Below are positions 7,699 to 11,079 of a stretch of 11,079 nucleotides of DNA, piece after piece. A model generated the notes under the pieces. It made no database searches. It had not been told where the DNA came from and saw only the letters and a program-made list of their open reading frames with translations. A program made the translations under genes and the position numbers. The stretch's first letter is position 1. The number at the start of each line of letters is the position of its first letter. Source of the stretch: Promethearchaeota archaeon (lineage in GTDB: Archaea; Asgardarchaeota; Lokiarchaeia; Sigyniarchaeales; SOKP01); NCBI GenBank assembly GCA_016840085.1, contig JAEOTA010000083.1, positions 1-11,079 on the forward strand, read 5' to 3'.

Positions 7699-7963
7699 TT
7701 AAGATTTTTATTGGAACTTACTATTCCTAATTAACCTTAATAATTAAGTCTTTTCAGAAAATTCTGTTATTTTTATTACAACGCTAAAGAAAAAGGAATA
7801 AATGGAGTTTTAATGAATTTAATTAATAAAATATCATAGTTTATCCACTGAACACCCCAAATTCTCAAATTCCTAGTAGTATTATTAAATTTAAGCTTAA
7901 TAGATGATTGCCTTATAAGAATTAATTCTTATAGTATCTTTAATAAATAATAGGAATTATGTT

Positions 7964-7978
7964 ATGAAATTTATAATA
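7964..7978 (+). promoter_or_regulatory. Putative BRE/TATA box (gaaaTTTATAAT) for the PRTase-DprA pair
   Basis: TTTATAAT at 7970-7977, preceded by purines, ends 31 nt before ATG 8009. This favours 8009 over 7964 as the start. Confidence 0.4.
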
Positions 7979-8008
7979 TTTTTATCAAATAATAAGAATA
8001 GTTTAATT

Positions 8009-9376
8009 ATGGAAAAAGAGACTGATCAAAAATTTTATATTGAAATAAAACAATCAAGAAAGGGACATTACTTTCTTGGTTCCTTAAAAATTCATGCTAA
8101 CTCTATTGAAGAAATGGAGAATTTAATGGATTCCGCTTTATCCTCTGCATTGCATAAGATTAAGCTCTTGAATGAGAGTAGACGCAAAGAAAAAAAGGTA
8201 AAAAAATCTGTACAATTATCAGATCCAGACGATAAGCAACTATTTGAAAAGCTACGTCATTGGAGGCTTGAGCTTTCTCGAGCGCAGGGTGTGCGGCCAT
8301 TTATGATATTTCATGATTCTACATTAAAGGAAATTGCAATAAGGAGACCTGTTACAAGAGAAGAGTTGTTTCGAATATCTGGTATTGGTCCAAAGAAATA
8401 CGACAAATATGGAGATAAACTCTTAGAAATCGTACATACCTTTATCACTGATAATCAAGTAAAAGAGAGTGAAAATCAAAACGTTATAGAGAATTTAAAT
8501 AAAAATAAAACATTAAATATGGAAATAGAAAAACCTAAATCAAGAGTTTTTATACAGGGAGATAGAGTAATAATTCAAACCCAATCAAATTATGACGGAG
8601 AAATTGGAAAAATTGTAGGATATGATGGTTATAAATATTTTGAAATTGAACTATTGAGTATAAAAAAGACTATAAATTGTTTAGAAAAAGAGATAGAAAT
8701 AGCTCCTGCTGAATATATTAGAAAATATGAACTAGAAATCAATCTTGATAATAATAAAATTCTTAAATTAAAAGCTCAGAATTTGAAGCCATCTATTGAA
8801 GCGTTAAGAGATAATCAAGTTTTTAAAGGTTTATATGCGTTAGGGAAATATTATTCTTTACGAGATTATCCTGAGAAGCATAAAAATGATTTTCTTTCAC
8901 AAAAGATAATAGAACTTAAATCATTAAATAAAAAGGCTGGTCAAGAGATCGCAGAAATATATTTAAGTTTCATAGAGGATTTAGCAGAATTAAAAAGAAT
9001 TACTGATAAAATCGATTATATAGTAATGATGCCGACAACAAAAGAGACAAATCATGTTAGTCTATGGGGAGATAAAATCTGTGAAGCTTTAAATAAGGAA
9101 AATCTTACGAAATTTATCTATATTAACCCAGAAAAGGTAGGCTATTTGAAAGATTACGTTCATAAGGATCTCTGGGGGCGCAAGCTTACTGCCAAGGGAG
9201 CTTTTCGAATAGATAAGGATAAACCTAGTTTTCCTTTATTAACTAACAAAACCTGCTTAATTTTGGATGATGTTTGTACTACAGGAAATCAGATTAATGC
9301 ACTTACTAATTTATTAGCTGAAGAAGGAATAAGGGAAGTGTATGCTTTTGTAATAGGAAAAACAAAATTTAGTTGA
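8009..9376 (+). CDS. HRDC + SH3/KOW-like + ComF/ShosT-like type I phosphoribosyltransferase fusion protein
   Basis: HRDC domain LFEKLRHWRLELSRAQGVRPFMIFHDSTLKEIA...ISGIGPKKYDKYG (~8231-8434). KOW/SH3-like segment FIQGDRVII...GEIGKIVG (~8549-8700). PRPP-binding loop LILDDVCTTGNQ (~9257-9292). C-terminal VYAFVIGKT as in ComF-like PRTases. The ORF track extends the start to 7964. Confidence 0.9.
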   Translation: MEKETDQKFYIEIKQSRKGHYFLGSLKIHANSIEEMENLMDSALSSALHKIKLLNESRRKEKKVKKSVQLSDPDDKQLFEKLRHWRLELSRAQGVRPFMIFHDSTLKEIAIRRPVTREELFRISGIGPKKYDKYGDKLLEIVHTFITDNQVKESENQNVIENLNKNKTLNMEIEKPKSRVFIQGDRVIIQTQSNYDGEIGKIVGYDGYKYFEIELLSIKKTINCLEKEIEIAPAEYIRKYELEINLDNNKILKLKAQNLKPSIEALRDNQVFKGLYALGKYYSLRDYPEKHKNDFLSQKIIELKSLNKKAGQEIAEIYLSFIEDLAELKRITDKIDYIVMMPTTKETNHVSLWGDKICEALNKENLTKFIYINPEKVGYLKDYVHKDLWGRKLTAKGAFRIDKDKPSFPLLTNKTCLILDDVCTTGNQINALTNLLAEEGIREVYAFVIGKTKFS

Positions 9377-9415
9377 ATTTAATATTATAGAATAATAATT
9401 ATAGGTTGAAGTTTA

Positions 9416-10417
9416 ATGAATCTAAGCTTTTATTTACTATTAAGCAAATATATCCCATTACCCTTATCTGCTTTAAAAATTGTAGAAAAGGATAAAGATC
9501 ACCCCTTTAGAAGCCTAGCGATATTAACTCAAAAAGAAATTGAACAACAATTAATAATCTTTAATAAAACACCTGGTATTTCGATAAAAAACATTAAGGA
9601 AAAAGTATTGAAGATTCAAAATTTAATTCAAAATGATTTTATCGAAAAAATTGATGGAAATTTAAATAGATGGAATAAATCTGGAATAAAAATCATAAGG
9701 TATTTCGATAATTCCTATCCAAAAAACCTCAAGGGTATTAAAGATGCTCCAAAAATTATTACTTATCAAGGAGACTTTAACCTATATAGTGAAAGATCCA
9801 TATCGATAATTGGTACTCGGAATCCAACAGATTATGGAATAGGTATGGCTCGTAAAATAGGGAGTAGATTTGGCGAATTAGGTTTTTTAATTGTTAATGG
9901 ATTTGCTAAAGGAATTGATACACATGCAATTAAGGGGGCTTTAGCGGTAGGAGGAAAAATTATTGGTGTATTAGGGTCAGGTTTACTACATATATATCCA
10001 AAAGAAAATAAAGAATTATTCTTTAATATTGTACAAGAAGGTAAAGGAGTATTTATATCAGAGCACTTACCTGATGATACCATAAAAAAATCAACCTTAG
10101 CTGCTAGAAATCGAATCTCTAGTGCACTTAGTCTAGGGAATATAGTAATAGAAGCGGGAAAGGGATCAGGAACTAGATGGCAAGTAGAATATGGCAAAGA
10201 ACAGGGTAAACCTATAATAGTTTTAAAACCCAAGGGAAACTATGAACAAGCATACTTACCTAATTATATAATTGAGCACGAGAAAAATTGTTTCATCATT
10301 GAAAATATTGATGATGTTGATAATATCGCAAATTCAATCTTGGAACTTAATAAGGAGAAAAAAGAAAAACATAGAGAAATTAGTAATAAATACCAAAAAA
10401 CTCTCTCAGATTTTTAA
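9416..10417 (+). CDS. dprA: DprA/SMF-family (ShosA-like) DNA-binding protein with C-terminal PIP box
   Basis: YPKNLKGIKDAPKII, SIIGTRNPTDYG, IVNGFAKGIDTHA, VLGSGLLHIYPKEN, ISEH, ARNRISSALS and VIEAGKGSGT form the DprA Rossmann-fold motif series. It lies 39 nt after the PRTase gene and ends QKTLSDF*. Confidence 0.93.
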   Translation: MNLSFYLLLSKYIPLPLSALKIVEKDKDHPFRSLAILTQKEIEQQLIIFNKTPGISIKNIKEKVLKIQNLIQNDFIEKIDGNLNRWNKSGIKIIRYFDNSYPKNLKGIKDAPKIITYQGDFNLYSERSISIIGTRNPTDYGIGMARKIGSRFGELGFLIVNGFAKGIDTHAIKGALAVGGKIIGVLGSGLLHIYPKENKELFFNIVQEGKGVFISEHLPDDTIKKSTLAARNRISSALSLGNIVIEAGKGSGTRWQVEYGKEQGKPIIVLKPKGNYEQAYLPNYIIEHEKNCFIIENIDDVDNIANSILELNKEKKEKHREISNKYQKTLSDF

Positions 10418-10455
10418 ATTTTTATTCATTTTAACCAAAGCCCTCCTTATATTAA

Positions 10456-10626
10456 TGTACAAAAACCCATAAAGTTCTTGAAAGTCATGAGCTTATTCTA
10501 AATGGTAATTTAAAAGAACTAACATTAAATTACATGAAAAAATATGGATGGAAGAATGTTATGGTTTATTCATGGATTCTACAGAATATGATAAAGCCAC
10601 CAAGAAAATTGAGAGATTATTATTAG
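10456..10626 (+). pseudogene. C-terminal relic of a GIY-YIG-like nuclease gene
   Basis: A start-less frame reads CTKTHKVLESHELILNGNLKELTLNYMKKYGWKNVMVYSW...KPPRKLRDYY*. It resembles the 'WTKxHKP...TxxYMxKYGxxNVRG' tail of a GIY-YIG subfamily, with W>C and RG>MV decay. The N-terminal GIY/YIG part is absent. Confidence 0.55.
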
Positions 10627-10736
10627 TATAACTTATTGAGATAATTTAGAATAATTTGTAGTAAAATATCTTATTTTATATCAATAAATTATATTGAAAT
10701 GAATATCAAAATGATTTTAGGTATCATGTTCATTTG

Positions 10737-10836
10737 TGTCCAATATTGGACATTTTAGAAAATCCATTTTTTCAGTATGTATAAAATCAGAGGAAATTGA
10801 AAATTAACAATGTTCTATTTTGTCCAATAGTGGACA
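10737..10836. repeat. Two copies of a 16-bp palindrome TGTCCAATA(T/G)TGGACA
   Basis: 10737-10752 TGTCCAATATTGGACA is a perfect palindrome. 10821-10836 TGTCCAATAGTGGACA is 15/16 identical. The starts are 84 bp apart, in non-coding AT-rich DNA. Confidence 0.9.
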
Positions 10837-11079
10837 ATTTGGGATCTTTTTGTATTTAAATGATTTTAAAATAAGAGAAAATATGTAAATAACAATACTT
10901 TAAATTCTTCTCTTATAGTTAAGTGATCTTTTTTATAATTTCTTGTTTTGGCTGATAATTTTTAATTTACCTTCATCGACAAAAATATTTATAGCTTTTG
11001 GAGGCTTAATTAAATCACGTTTTTCCTAAACGACAGACTTAAATTCGCCTAATCCTCTATTTTAATTAATGAATTAATT

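Noticed and set aside
921-7732. 11-bp direct repeat TATTCCTAATT (921-931 and 7722-7732) as possible att/target duplication
   Set aside because: Short and AT-rich, so expected by chance in 11 kb at this composition, and no integrase is present.
8231-8434. recQ helicase call based on the HRDC domain
   Set aside because: No SF2 helicase motifs (Walker A, DEAH) anywhere in the ORF.
9832-10233. 133-aa minus-strand ORF
   Set aside because: Antisense shadow of the conserved dprA core.
10272-10472. 66-aa plus-strand ORF
   Set aside because: Out-of-frame overlap with the dprA 3' end, with no SD or motif support.
10737-10836. Palindromes as a CRISPR array, canonical ORB or bacterial parS
   Set aside because: Only two 16-bp copies with a 68-bp gap and no cas genes. 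They lack the ORB G-string, and the core differs from the parS consensus.
10934-11061. Minus-strand peptide-like stretch (RGLGEFKSVV*EKRDLIKPPKAINIFVDEGKLKII...)
   Set aside because: Short, interrupted by stops, with no start or recognisable family. It may be a relic but cannot be supported.

Overview
A very AT-rich prokaryotic window, probably archaeal. Shine-Dalgarno (SD) motifs of GGTGA/GAGGT type, TATA-like boxes and a C-terminal PCNA-interacting (PIP) motif support an archaeal origin; an Asgard/Lokiarchaeia-like host is my inference only. It reads as an accessory, defence-like island flanked by gene relics. Left to right: the 3' part of a DUF72 gene; a frameshifted membrane-protein pseudogene; a five-gene minus-strand cluster (in transcription order: HhH-coiled-coil-wHTH protein, AAA+/P-loop ATPase fused to a PD-(D/E)xK nuclease-like domain, NDT/TIR-like protein, tandem ArsR-type wHTH protein with a beta-rich C-terminus, 312-aa hypothetical); a flavodoxin-like gene; a divergent plus-strand pair (HRDC-SH3/KOW-phosphoribosyltransferase fusion, then a DprA/SMF-family protein ending in a PIP box, QKTLSDF*); a GIY-YIG-like relic; and two copies of a 16-bp palindrome 84 bp apart. 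The best candidates for novelty are a ShosTA/ComF-DprA-like pair apparently adapted to the archaeal sliding clamp, and the HhH-wHTH plus ATPase-nuclease module. All domain calls are by motif recognition, with no database search.
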